Of a stretch of 41,530 nucleotides of DNA, positions 1 through 8,689 are shown in pieces (within the stretch, counting starts at the first letter, position 1; each line of letters starts with the position of its first letter). The translations under genes were made by a program, and so were the position numbers. The notes under the pieces were generated by a model that had not been told where the DNA came from, did not search any database, and saw only the letters and a list, made by a program, of their open reading frames with translations. The DNA is from a virus. Its lineage: Duplodnaviria; Caudoviricetes. The stretch is taken from positions 1-41,530 of IMG/VR virus record IMGVR_UViG_3300037047_000316. One strand, given 5' to 3'.

Positions 1-222
1 CTACAGCCATCCGAAGCGCGCCGGCCAGCGCACCTTGAGCCAGTTGCGGGCCATGGTGAGGCCGGAGCCGATGGCGCCGGTGAGCGCCGCCACCAGGACC
101 AGCTGCTGGTCCGGGGTCAGCGTGAATCCCTTGGCGGCCAGCCAGGCGGAGCCGAGGCCGACCGCGTAGGTGGCCAGGTGGACCACGCCCTTCTTTATGT
201 TTTTCGCGATTGAAAAGTCCAT
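1..222 (-). CDS. Small 2-TM membrane protein, holin-like (73 aa)
   Basis: Start MDFSIAK behind a GGAGG RBS; two hydrophobic segments and a basic C-terminus; at the end of the lysis cassette. Confidence 0.55.
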   Translation of the reverse strand: MDFSIAKNIKKGVVHLATYAVGLGSAWLAAKGFTLTPDQQLVLVAALTGAIGSGLTMARNWLKVRWPARFGWL

Positions 223-223
223 A

Positions 224-787
224 TTACCTCCGTATCTTGTCGTCCTGCCGGAGCCCGAAGTACCAGCCCACAATGGCGCCGGCCAGCTCCACCGCCGCGT
301 AGAGGCCGTACTTGACGCACTCCTGCAGCACCGCCCGGTCTATCCCCACCACCGTGATGCCGTAGATCACCACCCAGACACCGAGCCCGGTGTAGATGTA
401 GCACATGGCCGGCCGCAGGGAGCCGCGGATGAAGTCCAGCATGAACGCTATACCGAACAGGACATACCCCCAGAAGGACCGGTTGTCGGCCTCTCCGGTG
501 AAGAACTCTTTTATGCCCTGGCCGATGCCGAGCGTCTTGCTGTCGTGCTCATAGGAAGATGCCCGCATGGACGCCTCGGCCTTGATAGTCTCTATCAGGG
601 CGTTGGCGTTGCCGGTAGCCTTGGCGAGGTCCACAGCCAGGCGGGCGAGTTCCACCTCCTTGTCGCGGGCGGACTTGGCTTCCTTGTTGCCGAGCCACTT
701 CTGTATCAGAGAGGCCGCCACGCCCACCACGCCGCCCTTAAAGAAGCCGCCGACTGCCCCAATCATAGCTGTGATTATTCCGCTCAT
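224..787 (-). CDS. Putative holin, GTA 3TM-holin-like
   Basis: IRGSLRPAMCY...IVGWYFGLRQ pattern, several TM segments, N-terminal Gly-rich helix then a coiled coil; lysis context. Confidence 0.65.
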   Translation of the reverse strand: MSGIITAMIGAVGGFFKGGVVGVAASLIQKWLGNKEAKSARDKEVELARLAVDLAKATGNANALIETIKAEASMRASSYEHDSKTLGIGQGIKEFFTGEADNRSFWGYVLFGIAFMLDFIRGSLRPAMCYIYTGLGVWVVIYGITVVGIDRAVLQECVKYGLYAAVELAGAIVGWYFGLRQDDKIRR

Positions 788-796
788 AGATCCCCC

Positions 797-1297
797 TTAC
801 TTCCACGTCACGCTGGCGCCGATGAACCAGGTGGGCTTGCCGTAACACCTGTTCGGCGCGGTGAAGACCAGGTTGTACTGCGGCCCCACGAACAGCGCCA
901 CCGGGCTGTCTTGGGCCTGCAGGGCCTCGCGCAGGCTCGCCAGCGCGCCCGGCTTGGCCAGGCCGCCTATGACGCCCAGCAGGCCCGCGCGGGCCGCCGG
1001 CAGCAGATTCAGGCCGGTGCCGGCCGCCACAGAAGGGCCGCCCAGGCCGGCGCCCATGGTGCCGCCCAGGGTAAGCGGCACCCAGCCGCTCACGAAGGCC
1101 GCCAGCACGTTGTTCGAGGCCGGGGCCTTGTGGGTGACCACCGCCACGGTAATGCCCGCCGCGCTGCCGGTCCCGTCCATGGAAATGAACGTCCCGGCCG
1201 AGGTCTGCGGGGCCGCCAGGTCCAGCAGCCCGAAGTCTCTCGCCTGCACCGCGCCCGCCGCCAAGCAGAGCGCCACCGCTATGAGTATTTTTTTCAT
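797..1297 (-). CDS. Sec-signal-peptide protein, possible outer-membrane protein in the lysis cassette
   Basis: MKKILIAVALCLAAGAVQA|RD signal; ends in amphipathic strand WFIGASVTWK; ATGA overlap with the endolysin. Confidence 0.6.
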   Translation of the reverse strand: MKKILIAVALCLAAGAVQARDFGLLDLAAPQTSAGTFISMDGTGSAAGITVAVVTHKAPASNNVLAAFVSGWVPLTLGGTMGAGLGGPSVAAGTGLNLLPAARAGLLGVIGGLAKPGALASLREALQAQDSPVALFVGPQYNLVFTAPNRCYGKPTWFIGASVTWK

Positions 1298-1761
1298 GCT
1301 TCCTCCTGTTTATTTTCCGGCACCAGCCACAGCCGCGGCTTGGCGCCAAAAGCCCAATTGAGCGGCATCACGCCGTTCTCTTTGCCCACGTTGGCTACGC
1401 AGGGTATGTCCCATCGCATCCACTTGCCGCTGGTAAATCTGGCGGGGAAGGGATAGACCACCGCCACGTGGCCATGGCCCGGCATCTTGAGCGCCGCGAC
1501 CACCAGGGAACCCTTGTTGGCCTCGCCGAAGGCTTCGTCGAAGGTGAGCTCGCGGCAGGCGCTCTCCAGCTTGTCGGCCATGTAGTTCGCCAGCATCGGC
1601 CGGCCGCGCTCCTGATCCCAGACCAGGGCGCCCAGGCCGAAGCGGTCAAGGATGGCGTGGACGGCCAGGTTGCAGAAGGTGGTCCCGTCGGCCTTCGGCT
1701 CGAAGCCGGCGGCCAGCACGGCAGCGCAGGCACGGCGCACGTCAGCGGCGGTGCGGTTCAT
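1294..1761 (-). CDS. Endolysin, CHAP/NlpC-P60-like cysteine amidase/peptidase
   Basis: TFCN (Cys) and GHGHVAVV (His) motifs; lies among holin-like genes. Confidence 0.7.
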   Translation of the reverse strand: MNRTAADVRRACAAVLAAGFEPKADGTTFCNLAVHAILDRFGLGALVWDQERGRPMLANYMADKLESACRELTFDEAFGEANKGSLVVAALKMPGHGHVAVVYPFPARFTSGKWMRWDIPCVANVGKENGVMPLNWAFGAKPRLWLVPENKQEEA

Positions 1762-2057
1762 TTATTGCTCCTGTTCATCAGGCAGCTGCGCAGCTCGCGC
1801 ATATCCACGCCCAGGGCGCGCAGCTCAGTCAGGATGGCCTCCTGCTGGGCCTCGGAGCGGTCCACCTTGCGCTCGATGGTGGCCACGCGGGCCGGGAGGT
1901 CCTTGGCGTTGCCGAAGTACTGGCCGGCGGTAAAGGAGATCGAGCCGAACAGCAACAGGGCCGTTAAAAGGTTTTTGAGCAGGGTGGGCACATCGAAGAT
2001 GCCGGTGTGGTCCGAGCCGTTCTTCCTGCCGCCCAAAAGCTTAATAACCTTTTCCAT
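1758..2057 (-). CDS. Single-TM plus coiled-coil membrane protein (holin/antiholin-like, 99 aa)
   Basis: GGAGG RBS before MEKVIK; TM LLTALLLFGSISFTAG followed by a heptad coil; immediately upstream of the endolysin. Confidence 0.55.
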   Translation of the reverse strand: MEKVIKLLGGRKNGSDHTGIFDVPTLLKNLLTALLLFGSISFTAGQYFGNAKDLPARVATIERKVDRSEAQQEAILTELRALGVDMRELRSCLMNRSNK

Positions 2058-2244
2058 TGTTCCTCCACTTGTTGAGTATCTTGCGGCGCTTCTCATGCGC
2101 CTTTTCGACTGCCGCTTTCAACCGCGCTATCGGACTGCTGCTTTCCGGGATCTCCGGCTTCTTCTCCAGGTCATGGCCGTCAAAGACCTCAAGGCGCTGA
2201 GGCGGTCCTTCCTTGCGCCAGAGGTAAAACAGCCTGCCCTTCAT
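2041..2244 (-). CDS. Hypothetical basic protein (67 aa)
   Basis: MKGRLFYLW start with ATGA coupling to the upstream gene and a GGAGG RBS. Confidence 0.5.
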   Translation of the reverse strand: MKGRLFYLWRKEGPPQRLEVFDGHDLEKKPEIPESSSPIARLKAAVEKAHEKRRKILNKWRNNGKGY

Positions 2245-2687
2245 GCCTCCACCAGCCTTACGTCCAGCAGCACCGGCGCCCAGCGGCGTCCGGTCTGCGG
2301 CTCGTAGAAGCGCACCACGCCCTTGTCGTCCAGGTGCCAGATGAAGGCGTGCCAGCCCATGCCCTGCACGTTGGCCTCGATGTAGCCGAAGGCCAGCGCT
2401 TCCTTGCCCTTGGAGATCTTCGCCCAGCGCTCCTGCACCTTCGCCATGCACCCCACGGCGAAGTTGTCGCAGTCCCAGATCTCCTTGGTCCAGCCCTTGT
2501 AGTCGTTGGGGAACCAGCAGTCGAACAGGATCCTCTCGAACTCCGCTGACGAGATGCCGCGGTAGTCCCGGTCGCGCAGGAAGGGGGGATAGAGCGGCGC
2601 CAGCTGCTCCCTGAGCATGGCGCTGACTTCTTCGGTCGCCCAGGGGCGGCCGAGCTTCTCCCATTCTTTGCGCTTAAAGGGCCACAT
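2241..2687 (-). CDS. Papain/transglutaminase-like cysteine protease (agglutinin C-terminal-like)
   Basis: WDCDNFA (Cys), GWHAF (His) and FYEPQT (Glu) triad pattern. Confidence 0.65.
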   Translation of the reverse strand: MWPFKRKEWEKLGRPWATEEVSAMLREQLAPLYPPFLRDRDYRGISSAEFERILFDCWFPNDYKGWTKEIWDCDNFAVGCMAKVQERWAKISKGKEALAFGYIEANVQGMGWHAFIWHLDDKGVVRFYEPQTGRRWAPVLLDVRLVEA

Positions 2688-2690
2688 GGT

Positions 2691-3293
2691 TTACTCCGTG
2701 TAGTAGATCGTCAGCTTCACAAAGTCCGTGTACGGCACCGGCGTAGTGCCCAGGTTGGTGAACGTCCAGCCTATCTGCAGGCCGAAGCCGGCGTTGTTCA
2801 CGTCCGTGGGCGTCAGCGTGGTGCCCCAGAGGCTGTCCTGGGCGCCGAAGTCCAGCGTGGCGGGGGAAGCCGGCCAGGTTACGAAGGACGTCTTATTGTC
2901 GCCCGTCGCGGTGCCGGCCTTAACCAGCTTCACGTAGGTGTCGTAGGTGTTGGTGGGATCCGCGGAGTACTTGCGCCAGTACGCTATTACGCCGCGGATG
3001 GTAGCCCCGGCCGGGATAGAGAAGTTGAAGCCCTTGTAGTTGATGGTGCCGGCCAGGGAGTCCCCGTACCCGGAGGCGCCCACGCCCTGGGTGCAGTACT
3101 GAGTGTCCTCGGAGTAGCCGTAGGTCGGGTTGTCTATGGCCGCGCCCTGCTCGGTAATGGCCGAGTAGCTGGACGGGAACGCGGTGACCGACTTCAGCGA
3201 GCCGGCCTTGGTGGCCGCCACTACGCGGGTAGCCAGCATGGCGTGGCCGGGAACAGCGGCGAGCAGAAGCGCGAGGGTGATGATGGTTTTCAT
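2691..3293 (-). CDS. Putative tail-fibre tip/adhesin with Sec signal peptide
   Basis: Directly follows the tail fibre; beta-rich, rich in Thr/Gly/Tyr; MKTIITLALLLAAVPGHA|M signal. Confidence 0.6.
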   Translation of the reverse strand: MKTIITLALLLAAVPGHAMLATRVVAATKAGSLKSVTAFPSSYSAITEQGAAIDNPTYGYSEDTQYCTQGVGASGYGDSLAGTINYKGFNFSIPAGATIRGVIAYWRKYSADPTNTYDTYVKLVKAGTATGDNKTSFVTWPASPATLDFGAQDSLWGTTLTPTDVNNAGFGLQIGWTFTNLGTTPVPYTDFVKLTIYYTE

Positions 3294-3294
3294 G

Positions 3295-5364
3295 TTAGTA
3301 GTTCTGTCCTCCCAGGAAGCCGTAGTACACCCCGCCTATGTAGACGAGGGAGATGATGTCGGTCTTGCCGGCCGTGGTTGTCAGCGTGGGCGCGGTGGCG
3401 CTGGGCCACGATATCGTCGGCCACGTGATGGCCTTCGATCCCACGTTCTGCTTGACGAACAGCGTCAGGGACTGGCCGTCCTGCGCGCCGCTGAAGGTCA
3501 GCGTAGTGTTGTCGTTCAGCGACAGCCAGTACACCGACCCCGAAGACCATGACACGTCATAGGTCGTCGACACGGCCGCGCTGGACTTGGTTTCGGTGTA
3601 GGTGGTCAGCGCGGTGTTGCTGGACAGCGTGACGTTGCCGACCACGTGCAGGCGGCTGGCCGGGGTTATGGTTCCGATCCCGACGTTCCCAGACGTGTGG
3701 GCTATCGATAAATGCGTTACCGCTGATGTCCCGTCGTTGGTCATCTGACCTATTTCTAAAAGACCTGCATTATTATTAAAATAACGGGATCGTGTAATGC
3801 TTCCAGTATCGTCAAGGATAAGGCCGGGGGCATCGGATTTAATAGTCAGCCACGGGGCGGCGTATCCACTACGAAAAATAGGGGTCGCAGTTCCGATTCC
3901 CAAATTGCCCGAAGTCGCAAGGCGTAGCAATTCCGAAGATTCGTTTGTAACGCGGAATTGTTGGGTTCCGCGTAAGTGAAGATTTGTTCCTGCCCAGTCT
4001 GCGCTCAATTCCACGGCGGAAGGAGCAGATAAACTTTGAAGTCGGAGGGTAGCCGTACTGGTTCTTTCTATCTCTAAACCACTTCCAGACGCAAAAGCGG
4101 GGGAAGCAGTACCGACCCCGACATTTCCCTGCACAACCGCAAAAGAAGAAGCCCCGACAGAAAACTGATTCCCCGAAACTTCCACCTTTTCTGTGGTGGC
4201 CAATATCAGCCGGGAAGAAGTCGCGTCCGCGGTTCTTTCGCTCGCGATATAAGCGCCAATGGTATCTGAGGTAGAGTTCGCAAAATTAAGGCGAACCTGT
4301 GTCGCAGGGGTTGTGCTGTTTCTGCGAAGAAGAAGCCCGGAAGCCGCGCTTTCGGTTACTACGGTAAGCTTATTGGAAGTGCCGGCCGCGCCTATCCCGA
4401 CCATTCCGCTATTCACGGAAAGGGTATCGCCGCCCACGCTGAAAGCGTTGCCTTGCACCGTGATGGTCGAGGCAGTAGTTAACTGGCCCGTCATCTTGTC
4501 GCCGGACTTTGACACCCGGCTGTTGATGTCGGCCTGCAGGGCGGCCGTGGAGGTGATGACCCCGGTGAGGTTCGAGCCGTCGCCATAATAGGCGCTGGCG
4601 GTCATGGTGGAGGTGGCGCGGATGCCGCCGGTGACGTCCAGGGCGTAGGCCGGGGCGCCGTTGAAAAGGCCGAGCCCGGTATCGGTCCAGGTCGTGTGAT
4701 AGCCGCCCACAGGAGTGCGCGGATAGAGATAGAGCCTGTTCGCCATCACGCCGGCCACGTAGGGCTGGTGCCACAGCTTCCAGTTGTAATCTGCGGAGCC
4801 GTCGCTAGAGGACTTGAAGAAGATGTTGCCGCCGTTGTTCTCGTTGTTGCCCTTGAAGGTCAGCGACGGGTTGGCGTACTGGTTGAGCATTACATGCTGC
4901 GCCGTCATCGAGGACGTGGTCGTCAGCTGGCCGGTCATGAAGTCGCCGGCCTTGAGCACGTTGTTGGTGGCGGTCGTGGCCGTGGTAGCCGTCTGCGCGT
5001 TGCCGGTGATGGATAGCGCGTAGGTGCCGGTGGCCGAGCTCGGAATAATGCCGGTCAGGGTGGTGCCGTTGCCGTAGAATGCGGAGGCCGCCACGGAGGA
5101 CGTGAAGTTGGCCCAGCTGCTCGACACCAGGCCGCCGGTCAGCACCGGGGTGGACTTGAGCACGTAGTTGGCGATGGTCGTGGAGGAGAGCGCCGCGTCG
5201 TTTACTATGTCCAGGCTGTCGCGCACGCACCTGGCCCACACGTCGCCCCGGTCGCCATAGTTCGGCAGCTTCAGCATAAGGCCGCCCGGCTCCTGCGTGC
5301 AAGCCGCAAAGGCCGCGCCGTTCAAGCAGAAAGCCGCCACCGCGGCCAGCAGTAATTTCTTCAT
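3295..5364 (-). CDS. Tail fibre protein (689 aa) with N-terminal signal peptide
   Basis: Follows the tail hub with ATGA overlap; repeats K.GD.MTGQL, ASA.YG.G..LTG and GNVGIGT..P; C-terminal fibre domain ITWPTISWPSATAPTLTTTAGKTDII; signal MKKLLLAAVAAFCLNGAAFA. Confidence 0.85.
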   Translation of the reverse strand: MKKLLLAAVAAFCLNGAAFAACTQEPGGLMLKLPNYGDRGDVWARCVRDSLDIVNDAALSSTTIANYVLKSTPVLTGGLVSSSWANFTSSVAASAFYGNGTTLTGIIPSSATGTYALSITGNAQTATTATTATNNVLKAGDFMTGQLTTTSSMTAQHVMLNQYANPSLTFKGNNENNGGNIFFKSSSDGSADYNWKLWHQPYVAGVMANRLYLYPRTPVGGYHTTWTDTGLGLFNGAPAYALDVTGGIRATSTMTASAYYGDGSNLTGVITSTAALQADINSRVSKSGDKMTGQLTTASTITVQGNAFSVGGDTLSVNSGMVGIGAAGTSNKLTVVTESAASGLLLRRNSTTPATQVRLNFANSTSDTIGAYIASERTADATSSRLILATTEKVEVSGNQFSVGASSFAVVQGNVGVGTASPAFASGSGLEIERTSTATLRLQSLSAPSAVELSADWAGTNLHLRGTQQFRVTNESSELLRLATSGNLGIGTATPIFRSGYAAPWLTIKSDAPGLILDDTGSITRSRYFNNNAGLLEIGQMTNDGTSAVTHLSIAHTSGNVGIGTITPASRLHVVGNVTLSSNTALTTYTETKSSAAVSTTYDVSWSSGSVYWLSLNDNTTLTFSGAQDGQSLTLFVKQNVGSKAITWPTISWPSATAPTLTTTAGKTDIISLVYIGGVYYGFLGGQNY

Positions 5365-7874
5365 ATGATCTCCTCCAGAGTAGCGTCGGTCATCTCGTCG
5401 TCTTCGCGCTGCCGTATGCCCACCACCTTAAAAAGCTTCTCGCGGAACAGCATCTCGTTGCCGGCCTCGCCGAACGCCTGGCTGCCGAACTTCTGCAGGC
5501 GGTCGCCGAAGATGTAGTCCTTCTGCAGCGGGTCGTCGGCGTAGTCTATCTGCAGGGTGTCGCTCAGGTACAGGAACGGGATGAAGCGCAGCGTCATGCT
5601 GACGCGCAGGCGCTCCAGGTAGTTGTCGTCATGGATGATCTGCGCCACGCCCGAGGCTAGGTCCGCGTCGTTGGCCAGCAGGAAGTCGCTGGCCGTGTCG
5701 CTCTTGATGCGGTCGCCGAAGGTGTCCTGGCTGGTGGGGCTGGCTTCCGGCAGCGTGGCCGAGTTGTACTCGCGGTAGTAGTTGCCGTCGTAGGGCACCT
5801 GTGCCACGTTGATTATCTCGTTCCAGCCGGGCTTCACGCTGGAGATGGAGACTATGTCCTTGGCCGTCAGGTAGAGCAGCGGCGTGGTGGACGCGGACTT
5901 GGAGCGGAAGAAGAAGGTGCCGTCGCCGGCGAAGCCCCACTCGTAGTTGCACAGCTTGCCGAGCTTCTGGATGGCGGCGTAGCAGGTCATGCCGAGGAAG
6001 TTGGCCAGCGCCACGAAGATCTCGGAGGTGGTGAAGTTGGCCTTTACCTTATTGCACCAGGGGGAGAAGAACTTGCCTGCGCCTGGCGTGATGGCCACGC
6101 GGATCTTGAAGAACTGGCGCAGCTCAGCCAGGATCTGCGGCGTGGCCAGCACGAACTCGCCGTCCGTGTATGCCTGCCCGGAGGCCGCGTGCGAGGCCAC
6201 GTAGTAGGCGATGGTGCCGCCGTTGAGCGTCTCGGACTTCTCGATAATGCCCCACGCCTTGGGCACGGAGAGGATGTCGTACTCCTTGGAGGTGAACAGG
6301 GCCGCGTCGGCCGTGGGCGTGTCGCTCTCGAGGCCATCGGAAAAATACAGGTCGTCCAGGGACAGCGTGCCCGAGGAATAGCTCACCCAGAGCTGGCACA
6401 TGAAGAAGCCGCTGTAGAAGTCGTTGTCGGTAGTGGTGGCCTTCAGCACCTGGTCCACGTAGATCTTGAACTCCCCGCTATTGTCGCGGGTGACGTGGAA
6501 CTCGTGCTCGCCGGTGCCCAGGCCGGAGGCCACCGCGGTGTCGGTGCGCTGTATGCCGAAGCCGTACGACTGCTTGCGGAAGACCAGCGTGTCGGCGTTG
6601 TGGTCGTAGATCAGGCCGTAGCCGGCCACAAAGATGCCGCCGCCGTAGTTACTGGTGCCTGCGCACATAAACCAGAAGCCGGAGGAGACCATGATGCCGA
6701 TGGGGGCGCTGGCCGACAGTGAGCCCTTCCAGCGCCAGGTGCCGGAATGCTTGTTGAGGTTGGTGATGCCGTAGGCGATCATCTTCCCGTCAGGGCCCGG
6801 TGAGGTGGCCGTTAGCACCAGCTTGCCAGAGGCGGCCGAGGCGGCGGTGCCGGAGTCGTAAGCATAGACGGCCTGCCACTTCTCCATGGTGCCGTCCGCG
6901 AAGTCGTCTATCTTCAGCCACTTCTGCGCTATGCGGTCGCCGAGCGTGGTGGTGATGTTCTGCAGGGTGGAGCCGTCCTCCCACTCGGCCTGCAGGTCCA
7001 GCTGCTTGTAGCCGTTGATGCCGTTGGGGAATAGCACGTTCTCGATGATGCGCTCGCCGGAGGTGATGCCGGCCGTGTCGCACAGGGCGGCCACCAGGGT
7101 CTCTATCTTCTGCGTGCCGGCCCACTTGCGGCCGCTGGCGGTAGGAACTACCCCGGGAGCCGGCGCATCCGCAAAGGATATCTTGGCGCCCTCGCCCGGC
7201 TTGGCGGTGTTGGAGATGGTGTACTCTACGCCTTCCTGCATGGAAACGCCGTCAAGCTTCACGCCGTTGCCTTCCAGGTAGGCTACGCCTGTAGAGGTGG
7301 TGTAGAAGTCCTTGTTGCTGCCGTCGCCCGCGGCCGGCACCATGGCCTCGTCCGTGAAGGCCGTGGACAGCGTGGTCTTGGCGTCCTTGCCGCGCAGCTT
7401 CTCCTCGAAGCCCGTCAGCGTCATCTCGATGTAGCCGTCCCGCGGGTTGATGTTGTAGTCCGTCAGGTAGCCGGTGAACTGGCACACCAGCTCCTCGGTG
7501 CCGTCGGCCAGCTCGTAGCCGGAATAAATCTGGAACAGCGTCTTGTAGGCCTTGTAGCCGGCCGTGGCGATGTCGTCCGCGCCGAAGTAGCCGTAGACGT
7601 TGTAGGGCGACCACAGGTTGCGGTCGTTGTTGAGCGTTACGGTCAGGTTGCTGGTGCGGAACTCGTTGAGCTTGATGGTGTCGAGCTGCTGGACGATGGA
7701 GCCCACGGACTTGAAGTCGCGCATAGTGAGCGTCTTCCAGTTGGCCTCGTAAACAAAGGCCGAGCCGTTCCAGTACCGGCGCTTATAGCGCAGCTCGCGC
7801 ACCACGTACTTCTCGGTGCGGTTGTTCCAGGCGTTCACGAACGCCTGCGAGACGCGCTCGAGGACAGTGCTCAC
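5361..7874 (-). CDS. Tail tip/baseplate hub protein with an internal lectin-like (ConA/LamG-like) domain
   Basis: Second gene after the tape measure; hub-like segments (IETLVAALCDTAG; AIQKLGKLCNYEWGFAGDGTFFFR); beta-sandwich insert ...FHVTRDNSGEFKIYVDQV. Confidence 0.7.
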   Translation of the reverse strand: MSTVLERVSQAFVNAWNNRTEKYVVRELRYKRRYWNGSAFVYEANWKTLTMRDFKSVGSIVQQLDTIKLNEFRTSNLTVTLNNDRNLWSPYNVYGYFGADDIATAGYKAYKTLFQIYSGYELADGTEELVCQFTGYLTDYNINPRDGYIEMTLTGFEEKLRGKDAKTTLSTAFTDEAMVPAAGDGSNKDFYTTSTGVAYLEGNGVKLDGVSMQEGVEYTISNTAKPGEGAKISFADAPAPGVVPTASGRKWAGTQKIETLVAALCDTAGITSGERIIENVLFPNGINGYKQLDLQAEWEDGSTLQNITTTLGDRIAQKWLKIDDFADGTMEKWQAVYAYDSGTAASAASGKLVLTATSPGPDGKMIAYGITNLNKHSGTWRWKGSLSASAPIGIMVSSGFWFMCAGTSNYGGGIFVAGYGLIYDHNADTLVFRKQSYGFGIQRTDTAVASGLGTGEHEFHVTRDNSGEFKIYVDQVLKATTTDNDFYSGFFMCQLWVSYSSGTLSLDDLYFSDGLESDTPTADAALFTSKEYDILSVPKAWGIIEKSETLNGGTIAYYVASHAASGQAYTDGEFVLATPQILAELRQFFKIRVAITPGAGKFFSPWCNKVKANFTTSEIFVALANFLGMTCYAAIQKLGKLCNYEWGFAGDGTFFFRSKSASTTPLLYLTAKDIVSISSVKPGWNEIINVAQVPYDGNYYREYNSATLPEASPTSQDTFGDRIKSDTASDFLLANDADLASGVAQIIHDDNYLERLRVSMTLRFIPFLYLSDTLQIDYADDPLQKDYIFGDRLQKFGSQAFGEAGNEMLFREKLFKVVGIRQREDDEMTDATLEEII

Positions 7875-8689
7875 CCGACCTCCCTTACGTCAAAGCTGAG
7901 GTCGTAGCCTGCCCCCTTGTAGTAGTCCGAGTTCTGCACCCTGGGCGGCGCCACGAAGCGGCACAGGTAGATCTCGCCCGGCTTCTCGTAGGGCTCCGGG
8001 TAGAACAGGAAAGTGGGGTACTCGCGGCACAGGGCCTTCATCTCGGTCAGCTCCGCGTCGGTCACGTAGGAGAACTTGAAGGCGCCGCCGTAGAACTCCG
8101 CGGAGGCGGCCGAGCGCTTGATATAGGAGATGTTCTCCGAGCCGTCGGCCATGGTCAGCACGCGCACGTTGTTCCTGGGGGCGCGCGCCATGGGGTGCAC
8201 CGGGTCGGCCGTCATCTGCCGTATCAGCCCCGCCGCCACCACCGTCCCGAGCACCTTTTCCTCGTTGGCCGTCTGGGTGGTGGTGGCGGTCACGCGGATG
8301 AAGTTGGCGCTCTTTACGCCGGCCGACAGGTCGAGGACGTACTGCGGCGCGGCGTGGTCCGCCACGGTATAGACCGTGTGGAAAGAGGAGCCGTTGTCAT
8401 CCGACAGCTGAATGGTGAACGACTTGAAATTGATGTTGAGCAGCGCCAGCAGCGCGATGTCGGTGCGCAGCACCTGGGTGATACCCTCATAGAGCGCTAT
8501 GTCGAGGGTCTCCGTCACGGTGTCGTCGGAGCCGCCGGAGTTCCAGGTGGCGTAGGGGTCCATGTCCACCACGCGCTCCGCGAGCGCCTGCATGGAGGAG
8601 GCGGTCAACACGCCGCCGGCCAGCACCACGTCCCGGTTGATGTAGTTCTTGGTTAAAAAGATGGGGTTCGCTCCGAGCGCCAGGTTCAT
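7871..8689 (-). CDS. Distal tail protein-like
   Basis: Immediately after the tape measure; C-terminus ...YDLSFDVREV is typical of Dit-like proteins. Confidence 0.6.
   Translation of the reverse strand: MNLALGANPIFLTKNYINRDVVLAGGVLTASSMQALAERVVDMDPYATWNSGGSDDTVTETLDIALYEGITQVLRTDIALLALLNINFKSFTIQLSDDNGSSFHTVYTVADHAAPQYVLDLSAGVKSANFIRVTATTTQTANEEKVLGTVVAAGLIRQMTADPVHPMARAPRNNVRVLTMADGSENISYIKRSAASAEFYGGAFKFSYVTDAELTEMKALCREYPTFLFYPEPYEKPGEIYLCRFVAPPRVQNSDYYKGAGYDLSFDVREVG

Noticed and set aside
1241-1297. Lipoprotein/spanin call for ORF 797-1297
   Set aside because: The Cys at position 11 (VALC) lies inside the h-region with Leu at -1, so it is not a lipobox; VQA| fits SPI.
2691-5364. Diversity-generating retroelement or invertible shufflon acting on the fibre
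   Set aside because: No reverse transcriptase, no TR/VR nucleotide repeat pair, no invertase and no inverted cassettes seen in the window; the repeats are at peptide level only.
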